Assembly (NCBI GenBank): GCA_024679065.1
Contig: JAGIQG010000004.1
Span: forward strand, 14,136,001-14,200,000
Direction of reading: 5' to 3'
DNA: 64,000 nt
Origin: Sphyrna mokarran
Lineage: Eukaryota
The stretch's first letter is position 1, and each line of letters starts with the position of its first letter. The notes beneath the pieces are model-generated. The model saw nothing but the letters and a program-made list of their open reading frames with translations, did no database searches and was not told the DNA's origin. The position numbers and the translations under genes are program-made. Of this stretch, positions 51,240-63,630 are shown piece after piece.

Positions 51240-51690
51240 TCTGAAATGCAGGCTCAACCAGTCTCTAACATCACCACCTTTCTACACCTGGCTGTATTTG
51301 TTCTCACTTTTTCAACTGCACTCCCATCCTTCAGATGAAAGTTGCTGTTCTGGATACTTACATAGAGTTCCTGCCACACCTGGATACTTACATAGAGTTC
51401 CTGCCACACCTGTTATTTTTGTAACGTATTTTGAATAGTTCTTGTTCTGGCTGTCTCCCTCACTCTTTCTCCTGATTGACTCTATCTGCATCATGTATAG
51501 CTCATCCTACATTGGAAAACTTCATCAACTTTGTTTCCAATTTCCACTGTTTTTCTCAGTTTCACAACTCTGACTATTCGCTTCTATTCCTTGACTTCTC
51601 TACCTCCATTTCTGACAATAGGCTACCAACTAATACTATAAGCCCCTCGACACCCACAGCTACCTTTGCTATACTTACTCACATCTTACA
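51240..51690 (+). mobile_element. Penelope-like reverse transcriptase remnant
   Basis: LENFINFVSNFH...LLFLDFSTSIS..RLPT followed by a frameshifted YKP.TPTAT/HSYL region (ORF 51476-51832). Confidence 0.65.
51350..51412. repeat. Perfect 30-bp tandem duplication
   Basis: ctggatacttacatagagttcctgccacac occurs twice in tandem. Confidence 0.9.
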
Positions 51691-51994
51691 CCCTTTAAGA
51701 GCTCGAACAGTGTGGAAAATTGTCCAGATATGTCCAGTAGACAAAAAAACAGGAGAATCCAACCTGGCTAATAAACACCCCATCAGCCTACTTTTCATCG
51801 TCAGTAAAGTGATGGAAGCGGGTTATCAATAATCCTATCAGGTGACACTTACTCAACAAAACCTGCTGAGTTTGTGTTTGACCAGGGTCACTGAGTTCCT
51901 GCCCTCATCACAGCCTTGGTTAAAACTGCTGAGATGAGTAAGATGGCAATTTTATGTTATTAAATATAATCTGTTCCCTACAGTAACTGTCACA

Positions 51995-53760
51995 TTACAT
52001 CATTAATGATCCAGAACTTGGTGTGCAAGGCACAATTTTAAAATTTGCAAGTGTCACAACACTTTCAAGTGTTGTGAACTGTGAAGAGGACAGTGTGGAA
52101 TTTTAGAAGGATGTAGGCAAGTTGGTGGAGTGGGCAGAGAGATGGTAAATGAAGTTCAATGCGGAGAAGTGAGGGGTGCTGCATTCTGGCAGGAAGAACA
52201 TGGAGCCACAATATCAAATAAGGGATATCTGGACATATTTGTGCATTGATTATTGAAAGTGACAGGACAGATGAAGAGAGCAATTAATAAAAAAACATAG
52301 TGTTCTGGCCTTTACTAATAAGGGCATCGAATGCAAGAGCAAAGAGACAATGTTGAACTTATAAAGGCACTAGTTCAGTGGTGGATAACCTGAGATCCAG
52401 GGGCCACACATGGCCCAGAAAAGTTTTGGGCATGGTTTGTGAAACTTTTTTTCATCCATTTGTGGGACGTGGATGTTGCTGGCTGGCCAGCATTTATTGC
52501 CCATCTCTAGTTGCCCAAGGGCAGTTGAGAGTCAACCACATTGCTGTGGCTCTGGAGTCATATGTCAGCCAGACTGGGTAAGGCCACCAGATTTCTTTCC
52601 CTAAAGGACATCTGTGAATCAGATGGGCTTTTCTGATAATCAACGATGGTCTTATGGCCATCAGCAGATTCTTAATTTCAGATATTTTTTATTGAATTCA
52701 AATTCCACCATCTGCCATGGCGGGATTCGAACCTAGGTCCCCAGGACATTAGCAAGTTTCTGGATTAATGATCTGGTGATAATATCACTGGACTTTGCTT
52801 CCCTGAAACATTTTGTTGACTATTGCTCTTGTGCATGGTTGCCACATTCTGCTGATTTCCGTTCATGTACTTTTCTTCCTTATTGATATGACTGAAGAGA
52901 TTCTCATGTAAAGCTGGGGCAAGCGAAGTGAGGTGTGTGCTGATTGCTCACAACATTGAGTGGTGAGAGCCATGCGCTCCCTCTGTGTCCAAAGTACAAA
53001 TATTCCTTCTGCTTTTACCATTTGAAATTGATGATAATTTTTTTGATGTATGAATGATGAAGCATTTTCTTCTATAACCTGTTATTAAATATTTGGCAGG
53101 CATCAATTGTGTATAATTATATCATGGTTAGTGAACAAACCCAATTTCAATATTGTGGCCCACTGAGATGAAGGAGGGTCACTTATGCAGCCCACTCACT
53201 AGTCTTGATCACCTACCACTGCACTAGTTAGACCTCAGCTGCAATATTGTGTACAGTTCTGTCTGCCACACTTTAAGGAGGGTGTGAGTTCTTTGGAGAG
53301 AGCGCAGAAGATGTTTACAGGAATGGTTGCAGGGATGGAAACTTTCAGTTATGAGGATGGACTGGTGAGGTTGGGACTGTTCTTGTTGGAAAGGCTGAGA
53401 GGAAAGTTAATGGAGATGTTCATATTCATGAGGGGGTGGAGGTAGATGGTGTAGATAAGGAGGACTGTTCCTGCTCATAAAAGGGTCAAGAATGAGAGCA
53501 TAGGTTGAAAGTGATTCACAAAAGAAGCAGATATGATGTGAGGATAAACTTTTTCACACAGCAATTTGTTAGCGTCTGGAATTCATTGCGTGGAAATGTG
53601 GGGGAGGCAGGTCGAATTGAGGCACTCAAGAGGGTGTTAGATGATTTCTTGAACAGAATCAATGTGCAGGAGTACGGGGAAGAGGCAGCAATATGGCGAC
53701 AAATCATGATGCTCGTTTGGAGAGCTGATGTAGACATCATGAGCCAAATGGCCTACAGTG
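51995..53760 (+). mobile_element. Old CR1 LINE split by a hAT insertion
   Basis: RT-to-3' remnants at 51995-52375 and 53222-53760 (RINFFTQQFVSVWNSL). Confidence 0.75.
52376..53221. mobile_element. Non-autonomous hAT (Charlie-like) element with 8-bp TSD
   Basis: Termini cagtggtgga / cctaccactg, with CACTAGTT duplicated at 52368-52375 and 53222-53229. Subterminal gggccac...tggccc motifs. Contains a SINE at about 52450-52802. Confidence 0.85.
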
Positions 53761-54024
53761 ACCTAATTAAGGGTCACTACAACTTTTTCCAGTCACAGGA
53801 CTCACTTTTGTTAAGTGGCATAACGTGATGTAGGTTACTAAAATGCTTCATCAGAAATACGATTGATGGGTTAATATTTCAACACTGACTTCAAATTTGC
53901 AACATTAGTAAAACACAGTTGAGGTAGACCTTCTTTATCAAAGGTTTTGTTTTGAGAGACAATATAATAAGACCTGGATATGCAAATATTAAACATTGAG
54001 TAGTGCTCCTCTAAAGCATATTGT

Positions 54025-54910
54025 GGGCTCAATTTTACCATCAGGTTGCACTCATTTTTGGGCTGAAAACTTAGTAAAGTTGGGCATGAGGAAAGTAGCA
54101 TGATCTGGGCCTGCCTCCGTACCCACTCCCCCTTTACCAATTGCCGAAAATAGCCACCCTCTGGGTGCATGCATTTAAATGCATGTATTTAAATTGACTT
54201 AATGCGCTGCACGCCCAAACTTATCAGCATTTCCCCCTTTACCAAAGTATTCGCCCATCCAGAATCAGCTCCTAACAGACGTGGTCCATAAAGGTCCGAT
54301 TCGGGTGCTCCAGCTTCTGAGGACGTAGGTTCAGAGCTTCTGGCAACTCCTTGACTCAGGATGGTGTGTGGTGCTGGGGGAAGGGTGGGAGGTGAGTCAG
54401 ATAGCTCTCTGTGGGGGGAAGAGGGAGGAAGGTCAGATGGCTGTCTTTGGAGGGGAGGGCGGGCGGGTCCGATGGCTCTCTGGTGGGGTGAGGGGGGAGG
54501 AAGGGGATGTCTGCTGCCACTCTGCATGCAATTAGTGGGGGGGCATCGGAGGCAAGGAGCCACAATTGGTCTGAGGAAGCAGGAGGTGGGGGATAAAAAG
54601 GAGAGTTATGTTGTGGGGGGTGAGTCAATGTCTATGGGGGTCAGGGGTAGGCATTATACAGCATTCCCTGGAGCAATGTATCAGGGAAACGTTTTTGTAC
54701 TTTTTTACTGCGCATGCGCAGTTGAAGGCTCTGATCAGGGTTTTAGTTTTGGGTGTGTTAAGCCCTGCCCACAGGCTTCTGCACTACAATTCAGAACCGC
54801 TGCTATTTTTTCAGGCAGAATGTGTATGGGGGCGCCTGAAAATGGGTCTAAAAGCCAGACCTGAAACATTCAGTTTCAGTACTTAGAATCAAAATAGTAA
54901 AATCGGGTTA
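54025..54910. mobile_element. Non-autonomous Harbinger-type element, sibling of 28441-29806
   Basis: gggctcaattttaccat... and ...agaatcaaaatagtaaaatcgggt termini plus shared subterminal sequence. Confidence 0.7.
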
Positions 54911-54991
54911 GTGTACCAATAACATGAATGAATCATAAACAATGACAATGTGGTTTATTTCACTCATGAAGAAGACATTTCTAAGTCATTG

Positions 54992-55400
54992 TTGATTTGA
55001 TTTGAATTATTGTTGTCACATGCATTAGCATACAGTGAAAAGTATTGTTTCTCGCGCACTAAACAGACAAAGCATACTGTTCATAGAGAAGGAAAGGAGA
55101 GAGTGCAGAATGTAGTGTTACAGTCAAAATTAGGGTGTAGAGAAAAATCAACTTAATGTAAGATAGGTCCATTCAAATGTAGGATGGCAGCAGGGAAGCA
55201 ACTGTTCTTAAGCTGGTTGGTACGTGACCTCAGACTTTTGTAACTTTTTCCTGACAGAAGAAGTTGGAAGAGAGAATGTCTGGGTTGTTTGGGGTCCTTA
55301 ATAATGCTGGCTGACTTTGCTGAGGCAGCGGGAAGTGTAGACAGAGCCAATGGATGGGATAGATTGGGCTACATTCATGACCTTTTGTAGTTTTTTGCAT
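54992..55400 (-). mobile_element. Rex1/Babar-type LINE 3' fragment
   Basis: SIIKDP..P.HSLFQLL.SGK.YKSL..RTN.LKNS.FPAAI..LN (ORF 55153-55350). Confidence 0.75.
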
Positions 55401-55708
55401 GTCATGAATTTCACACATGTCATGTGTCAGTTCGCAGGTCTCTCCGACTATTGGAATGAATCTCACAGTGACCTGTGAGCCACGTTTTGCTCTAATTCCA
55501 CTCATATTTCAATGTGAGATTGTTGATAGTTCTATTTCGCTGGCACAGTGTTTTTTTCTTGAAATAGGTGAATGACGGAATAAGGGGAATGTGGCAGGCT
55601 TACTGGAATTGCTAAGGGAGAGTAATCAAATCCTGATTAATGAATTACTAATCTGCTCAGGAATAAGTGAACCTGTTCAAGGGTTTACTTAATAATCTGA
55701 AACTCATT

Positions 55709-55745
55709 CTGATGAAAGGTCACTGACCTGAAAGGTTAACTCTCT
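55709..55745 (+). ncRNA. Minimal hammerhead-ribozyme-like motif (Penelope type)
   Basis: CTGATGA-a-[AGGTC act GACCT]-GAAA-g-GTTAAC-TC: both core boxes, a 5-bp stem II and a palindromic stem III region. Activity unknown. Confidence 0.5.
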
Positions 55746-57009
55746 TTCTCTTTCCTGAAAAGTTGCCAGTCTTGCTGAGTGTTTCCAGTATTTTCTGATT
55801 TCATTGCCAGCATCTCTATAATGTTACTTAATCATTTTGTGAAATTATATTAAAATAGCATTTCGAGGTTGGAGCTGACGCACAGAGAAGCAACACTTCT
55901 GTTTGTTCAGAAAATAGTAATTGAACTGCTATCTTGATATGTCTTTGATAATAAATGTTTTTGGCTCCATCCCAAGCGGATTTGTTGTACCTTTGCCTGA
56001 CCTCATTTCCCATAAGTTTCTCGTAAAAGTGCACAGAGCTGGTGCCAAATGTAACACAACTATTTATATCATGACAGTTATCAAAGCCTTTGATGACTTT
56101 CAATGGAACCATTGCGCCCTGTGACTATGTTCTGGCTTGTGAAAAAATTTGGACTGATAAAGTTCAAATATTTTTAATTTTTCAGCATTTTCCCCAGTTA
56201 ATATCCCTTCGTTACCTGAGGAAAGTATGGGCAGCATGGTGGACAGTTGTTAGTGCTGCTGCTTCATTGTTCTAGGGATCAGGGTTTGATTCCTGGCTTG
56301 GGTCACTGTCTGTGGGGAGTTTACATGATCTTCCTGTGTCTGCATGGATTTCCTCTGGGTGCTCCGGTTTCCTCCCATAGCCTGGTTTTTTTGGTGCATT
56401 GACCCGAACAGGCGTGTGGCGACTCAGGGAATTTCACAATAACTTCATTGCAGTAAGGCTTACTTGTGATTAATCAATAAACTTATACTTTAAAAGAGAA
56501 TAATCATACTTGCTGCTAATTTTTAACAAATGTCTATCAAAAGGCAATCAAGTTAACACTCCCCAGGAACAATAGAACCTGCAGAAAGTCGTTTTATACA
56601 ACAGATTTTATGACCAGCTTTAAACACCTGGCAGATTCTCAAGGCTAATCACTATATCTGGTATCATAAAGGTCACCCTTAACTTATACTGGCAGTACTA
56701 TCACATTGATAAAAACATCTATGAGAGAATGAAGTCTTAATTTTTTTAAGAGGTCACTTCTATCAGAAACTGAACTGGCAGAAAGAAGGTTACATGACAG
56801 ATTTTAATTACAATCCTTTTTTCATAGAATCGTAGAAGAGTTGTAAAATTCCTACGGTGTAGAAGAAAGCCATTTGGATCATTGAGTCTGCACCGACAAC
56901 AATCCCACCCAGGCCCTATCCCCATTGTCCCAAGTATTTACCCTGACAGTACGCCTGACTCTAGGGGGCAATTTAGCATGTCGAAATTCTTTCTAGGTTC
57001 TTTCTAGTT

Positions 57010-57540
57010 GTATCATAGCTTGGCATGGCCCATGCTCTACTTAAGATTGCAAAGAACTCCAAAAGGTCATGAATGCAGCCCAATCCATCAGGCAATCCAG
57101 CCTCCCATCCTTTGACTCTATCTATACTTACCGCTACCTGGGCAGGCTTTAAGGGCTAGATGGCCTAATCCTGCTCCTATTTCTTATGTTCTTATGTTCA
57201 AGCAGCCAGCATAATTAAGGACCGCACGCGCCCAAGACGTTCTCTCTTCCATCTTCTTTTGATGGGAAAAAGATACACAAGTCTGAGGTCATGTACCAAC
57301 TGACTCAAGAATATCTTCTTCCCTGCCGCTGTCAGACTTTTGAATGGACCTACTTTGCATTAAGTTGAGCTTTCTCTACAGCCTAGCTATGATTGTGATA
57401 CTATCTTCTGCATGAGAGAGTGCAAAATGTAGTGTTACAGTCATAGCCTTCCCTATGCTTTGTCTGCATAGCGTGCAAGAAACAATACTTTTCACTGTAT
57501 GTTAAGACATGTGGCAATAATAAATCAAATCAAATCAAAT
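57010..57540 (+). mobile_element. Rex1/Babar-type LINE 3' fragment
   Basis: Same C-terminal motifs as 54992-55400 and a (CAAAT)n tail. Interrupted by a short CR1 tail near 57143-57200. Confidence 0.7.
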
Positions 57541-58554
57541 CAATCTAGCTCATACATGTTTGGACTGTCGGAGGAAACAGAACACCAGGAGGAGAGCCGT
57601 GTAGATGTAGGAGAACATTCAGACTCCGCACAGAAAGTGACCAGAGGCCGGAATTGAACCCGGGTCCCTGGCGCTGTGAGGCAGCAGTGCCACCGTGCCA
57701 CCCTTGAAAAATAAAATGGCAAGTTTGATCTAAAATGAACAAATCCACGTTAAATGATTAGATAAGAGACAACAGATCTTGATTCCATATCACATCTTTA
57801 AAGATTTGGGATTCCCCAAAGTACAGCCAACTAAGTGTGTTGTCACTGTGGTCACGTAGGAAATGTGGTAGCCATCTTGAACACAACAAGATCTCACAAA
57901 CAACTATCAGACAATCTCTTCAAGGCATTGTTGAGTGAGAACTGTTGATCAGTTAAGTGGGGAGAATCGCCCTACACTATGAGAATTAGAGAAATGGCAT
58001 TCTTAGTATTCACCTGAGAGGCAGAAGGGTCGATGAATTAATCATCATTTTTCTTTTCACTTAAATCTCTTTTTTTTTGTTTGGTCTTGTTAAAGAAGCA
58101 GGAAGACTGGGCTTACTTTTTTTAGACAGAAGCATTCTTAATTATACTAAAAGTGTTTTGAACAGGAAAATAATTTACATAATTTTAACCCGTAGGGGCT
58201 GGGTTGGTTGCGACAAAAATGTGTTGGTGGGTAAAGGGAGTTGCTATATTAAGTAATGGGTTATATATAAAAAAAACAAAAAAAAAAGTTTAAAGTACAA
58301 TACCCCATGTACAATCGTTATCTACAGTCCTCATTTGGAAAATAATGCTTTGTAAAAGGAATTTAATTATCAACTTCCTCTTATACCAATTTTTAAATTA
58401 ATTTTTCTACATTCCAAAAAATATAGCACTTCTGTTTACCCGCAGACAGATTTTTGAACCTTTAGAATGACCCTAGATCTTTCTCACTATGAAGAAATCA
58501 CCAACCACTTTAATAAAGGAGCTTTTAATATGAAATACTACGTCAATTTATGTC

Positions 58555-59035
58555 TGAAATAAGATTTTTGTCCCCTTTTCTGAGGAACGTATTCTGGCAT
58601 TGGAGGCGGTCCAGAGAAGGTTTGTGAGGTTGATCCCAGGATGGAGGGATTTTCTTATGAGTGGATTGGGATTGTACACATTGGAGTTTAGAGGAATGAG
58701 GGCAACTTTATTGAGATATGTAGGATTCCCAAGGGGCTTGACAGGATACAAGTTGTTTCCTCTTGTGGGAGAGTTCAGGACCAGAGCGCATAATCTCAGA
58801 CAGCGGAAAGAAGAAATTGACTTTACTGTAGAGGCTGGGATATTAAGTATGTTGAAGTTTGAAATGGACAGGTTTTTCATCAGTAATGGAATTAAGGATT
58901 GCGGGAATAAGGCAGGAAAGTGGAGCTAAGGATTATCGTATCAGATCCTCAATGATCTAATTAAATAATGGAGCAGATGCAATGGGCAGAATGGCTTCCT
59001 TCTGTTTCTACTACAATTTATGGTCTTATGATCTA
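58555..59035 (+). mobile_element. Degraded CR1 3' fragment
   Basis: EAVQRRFVRLIPG...LGLYTLEFRGMR (ORF 58600-58929). Confidence 0.8.
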
Positions 59036-59434
59036 CATCAATTTAATGTTAATGACTTTTTCATAGACAGGCTGATGGGAAGTGTATAAAATGCACTGAC
59101 AGTCTATGTGGTGATAGACAACAGGACTTAGGTCCCAATATGGTGGTGAATCCCCTAAGGATAAGGAAGGAAATGATCTTGGATGGTGAGCAACTTGCTC
59201 TGTCTTTTTCGATGCACCTTCAAAACCCCTGACCTCTGCCATTCGAAAGAATAAGGGGGAGTACAACCATCTAGAAGTTTCCTTCCAGACCAATTTAAAG
59301 GCATGTTGTTATTTGGAAAATGGTATCACTTGATTGAATAACGGGCTATACTGCCAACAAATTGACTATCTTAAATTGATTGCCAGAGCAACTCGTAGCA
59401 CATTGAGGATTATTTAGCAAATGTTGTCCATAAA

Positions 59435-60235
59435 GTCATAGAGTCATCAAGATTTACAGCATGGAAGCAGGCCCTTCGGCCCAACTTATCCATGGTTCCC
59501 CCTTTTTTAACACCTAAGCCAGTCCCAATTGCCTGCAATTGGCCCATATCCTTCCACAGCCATCTTACCCATGTAACTGTCTAAATGCTTTTTAAAAGGC
59601 AAAATTATATCCACCTCTACTACTACCTCTGATAGCTTGTTCCAGACACTCACCACCCACTGTGTGAAAAAATTACCCCTTTGGACCCTTTTGCATCTCT
59701 CCCCTCTCACCTTAAACCTATGCCCTCTAGTTTTAGACTCCCCTACCTTTTGGAAAAGATATTGACTATCTAGCTGATCTGTGCCCCACATTATTTTATA
59801 GACCTCGATAAGTTCACCCTAAAGCTGCCTACGCTCCAGAAATAAAAGTCTCAGCTTATCCAGACTCTCCTTATAAATCAAACCATCAAGTCCTGATAAC
59901 ATCTTAGTAAATCTTTTCTGCATTCTTTTTAATTTAATAATATCCTTCCTGTAATAGAATGACCAGAATTATATGCAGTATTCCAAGTGTGGCCTTACCA
60001 ATGTCTTATAGAACTTCAACAAGACATCACAACTTCTGCATTCAGTGTTCTGCCCAATGAAACCAAGCATGCCGAATGCCTTCTCCACCATTCTGTCCAC
60101 CTGTGACTCCACTTTCAAGGAGCTATGAGCCTGTGCCCCTCGATCTCTTTGCTCTATAACTCTCCCCAACCCAACCATTAACTGAGTAAATCCTGCCCTT
60201 GTTTGATCTACCAAAATGCATCACCTCGCATCCGA
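59435..60235 (-). mobile_element. CR1 LINE 3' fragment
   Basis: ORFs 59507-59791 and 59969-60214: YKTLVRPHLEYC and TRGHRFKVRG. Confidence 0.9.
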
Positions 60236-60299
60236 TCACAGAATCACACCTGTGTTTAGAGTTTTGCAACTGTGGGTTGGTTATGTACATTCTCCTTCC

Positions 60300-63200
60300 T
60301 GCCCAATGCGAACTGGGATATGCTATTTGACACAATCCGTCAGTGTTAGTGATGCATGGCCTACATTTCTATCATCACAATAGCACTGAAATTCAATGTG
60401 CTCTCCTCAAACAATATAAATTGTTGTTTACAAGGTGTTCAGTCACCTCATCCCTAATTACAGATTCTAGCAATTTTCCAACGAAACATGTTGGGAAAAC
60501 TGGCTCAGAATTCATTGGTTTCCCTCTGTTACTTTTCTTTAATAGTTGATTGACATGCACTATCTAAAGCAATAGTTCCCTAATTAAGAGAACATTGAAT
60601 AATTATACAGTGATATCTGCAATGTTCCCACTTACTTCTTATAAAATCCGGGAATTAAAATTATCTGGTCCTGATGATTTGCTGCTTGTTAGTGCCTTTC
60701 AAATTTTCGATTATCACTAGCTGTTAAAATTAATTTTGAGTTCATATCTTTGATTCAATAATTATTTCCCTGAGATATCTGGCATGCTGCTCTTTTCCTT
60801 TGGTATACATACTGAAGCTAAGGAAGCATTTCAATAAATCTTTTCTGCACTCTTTCTAGTTTAATAACATCCTTTCTATAATAGAGTGACCAGAACTGTA
60901 TGCAGTATTCCAAGTGTGGCCTTACTAACATCTTGTACAACTTCAACAAGACAACACAACTCTTGTATTCAATGAAACAAGCATGCCGAATGCCTTCTCC
61001 ACTCTGTCCACCTATGACTCTCACTTTCAAGGAGCTATGAAATGATCTTGCATGTCCTCCATTTCCTTACTTTCATAACATTGATGGAAGATGTTGGACT
61101 AGTGTGGGCACGGTAAGAAGTCTCACAACACCAGAGTTAAAGTCCAACAGGTTTATTTGGTGGCACGACCTTTCAGAGTGCTGCCCCTTCACTTGATGAA
61201 GGAGCAGTGCTCTCAAAGTTTGGGCTACCAAATAAACCTGTTGGACTTTAACCTGGTGTTGTGAGACTTCTCACTGTGCCTTCATCAACATTATTACTGT
61301 TTTTCATTCTTCAATGGGTCCACATTATTTCTGAACACCCTCTTTCTCAATTGGAAAAGATTTTGGTGTTGGTTTTGATTTCTCTTTCTGTGCTCCCTTT
61401 TTGTCATTCTTACTCTCTGTCTTGAAACAATTTTCTATACCCGTTCGCCTGCATCTTTGCAGTCTTCATTGCACTTTCTACACTTTCTCACCTAGTGTTA
61501 TGTTGGGCAGGATGTTTTGGTTGTTCCTGCCAACGGAGATCATCCAGTCCTGCCAATGGTGACCCAACCCGTTGCGGGTATCCTGGCAGCAGAATGGGTG
61601 AACAATAGGAAACCCTGTTTACAGTGGCTGGACCAGAGGATCCCAATGCCAGCCAATGATGGGCCACCTCTGCCCCCGTGAAACATACCAGGGAGAACAG
61701 GGGGAGTGGCAGAAATACCTGCTAATTATCTCTTACATCTTTAATTATCCACTCCTTTCTTTATTTGGCAAGTAGAGTTCTTGACGTTCAAGGATATAAA
61801 TTGGTTCTGAATCACATATTTTGAATATTGTCAATAAGAGAGTCATATCATCAAAGCTTTACATCTTGCCCTCACCTGGACAAATACAAAAATACCAAAT
61901 TTCAAGCAATTATAATAATTTATACTACAAGAGGAAAGGATGCCGATTTGTTAGCGAGTTGGTTCTACTTTAGCTGTTGTCATCACGACGCGGCTGATGT
62001 TAATATATGTCCAATCATGGTATGGAGATGCCGGCACTGGACTAGGGTGGGCACAGTAAGAAGTCTCACAACACCAGGTTAAAGTCCAGCAGGCTTATTT
62101 GGTATCACAAGCTTCTGGAGCTCCTTCACCAGGTGAATGGAGAGTTGGGTTCACAAACAGAATATATCTGATCATTTAGAAAAGTATAGGCTAGAATTCT
62201 CTGGCTGTTCATGCTGGCGAGATTCTCTGGATCTGAAACACAAGGGTTTCCCGCCAGCATGGGGATGTATCAATGGGAATCTCTGTCGACAGAGCGGGAC
62301 TAGAGAATCCTGCCACTAGCAAACAATGCGCCACTTCCTGCCAGAGGGAAACAAGCAGCTGGGAGACTGAAGAATCTCCCTCATGTTCTTTTCAATTGCT
62401 CTGTTCAGACATTTCACCCAGAGCATAGTCCTATTTTTCTCTTTCTGATGTGGAGCAACCTGCTGTATATTATCACCATTTTTTAAACTTCCTTTCGATT
62501 TCCAGCTTCCACCCACATTTACAGGGTATCTTATGACCAAAAAAAAGATCAGCCATGAATGTCTACAGTAGTGCAAGAATCACTCAATATTCAAAATTGC
62601 AATCTTGGACAGAGTTAAACACGATTAAATATCAACACATCAACAAACAATCTTAGCCTGAAATATCAGGGAGCTCAACACTTCCTCTGTTGTAGATAAA
62701 ACTGATGAGAGAGATATTTGATAAGTTGGGAGTTTTAAAATTTAATGCTAATGAAGTATTGTGCTGCGATAGTGAGGTGTGGCATACTTATTGTAGTACT
62801 TTGAGTCTTAAAATAAACTGTGACAATATCTTTCTCTACATTTTCTTGCTGGCATCGACAGCTGGCAAATATCCTTTGTAATAGATAACAATTAAACAGG
62901 AAACCAAACCTCCTTCTGCCTTGCTGATTACAGCAATGGCCAATTTTCCAAGAAAATATGAAAAACATTACTGAAATCTTTTTACTTTCAGATAGGATAA
63001 TTTGCAGTTCAGCTGAGTACGCAGTTGCAAGACACTGCCTGAATGCCTTGCTGGTTACGTTTCAGTGCAGGAACAGGAAGACAATTTTCAGCTCACCTAT
63101 TTCAATAATCATCAGTGTAAATAAAATATAATATGGTTTCCATGGGCAGCCAAATAGAGTAGAATATGATCTGCCAATTCATTTCCAATCTATGTGCTTT

Positions 63201-63415
63201 TCGGAGAACTAATATTATTTGATAATTGGTCATTTTTTCAAGTCTGGACTTCATCTTTTTGTCAAAGCCTTTTATCATCACCTCCCTTCCCCATCAACTC
63301 CAGCAAAAATATTACTATTATCATAGTTATTGGTCCTTTAAACTTTTTCATTGTATCTTCTGAACTACAACACAAACTCTTCCTCCTCCCTGCTTCCTCA
63401 CTGCGATGATGTCAA
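60300..63415 (-). mobile_element. Ancient fragmented CR1-like LINE (endonuclease to RT), multiply interrupted
   Basis: Reverse strand gives SGPDNF...VGKLLESVIRDEVTEHL at about 60430-60680 and an endonuclease-like RKQGGGRVCVVV at about 63360-63400. Confidence 0.45.
61107..61280. repeat. Penelope-derived palindrome with hammerhead-like centre
   Basis: Arms of about 85 bp (ggcacggtaagaagtctcacaacacc... / ...ggtgttgtgagacttctcactgtgcc). Centre tgatgaaggagcagtgctctcaaag. Single-arm relatives near 32025-32108, 32745-32870 and 62020-62137. Confidence 0.75.
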
Positions 63416-63416
63416 G

Positions 63417-63630
63417 ATGAATTCCTTGCCCAGTGAAGCATTTGAAACTACCTTACTGAATGTCTTTAAGGCAAGGATAGATAGATTTTTGAACAGTAAA
63501 GGAATTATGTAGTGAGCAGGCAGATAAATGGAGTTGAGCCCCACAGAGATCAGCCATGATCTTATTGAATGGTGGAACACATCCACGAGGCGAGATGGTC
63601 TATTCCTGCTCCTAATACTTATGTTCTGGT
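63417..63630 (+). mobile_element. CR1 3' fragment
   Basis: tttaaggcaaggatagatagattttt...cctattcctgctcctaatacttatgttct tail. Confidence 0.7.
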
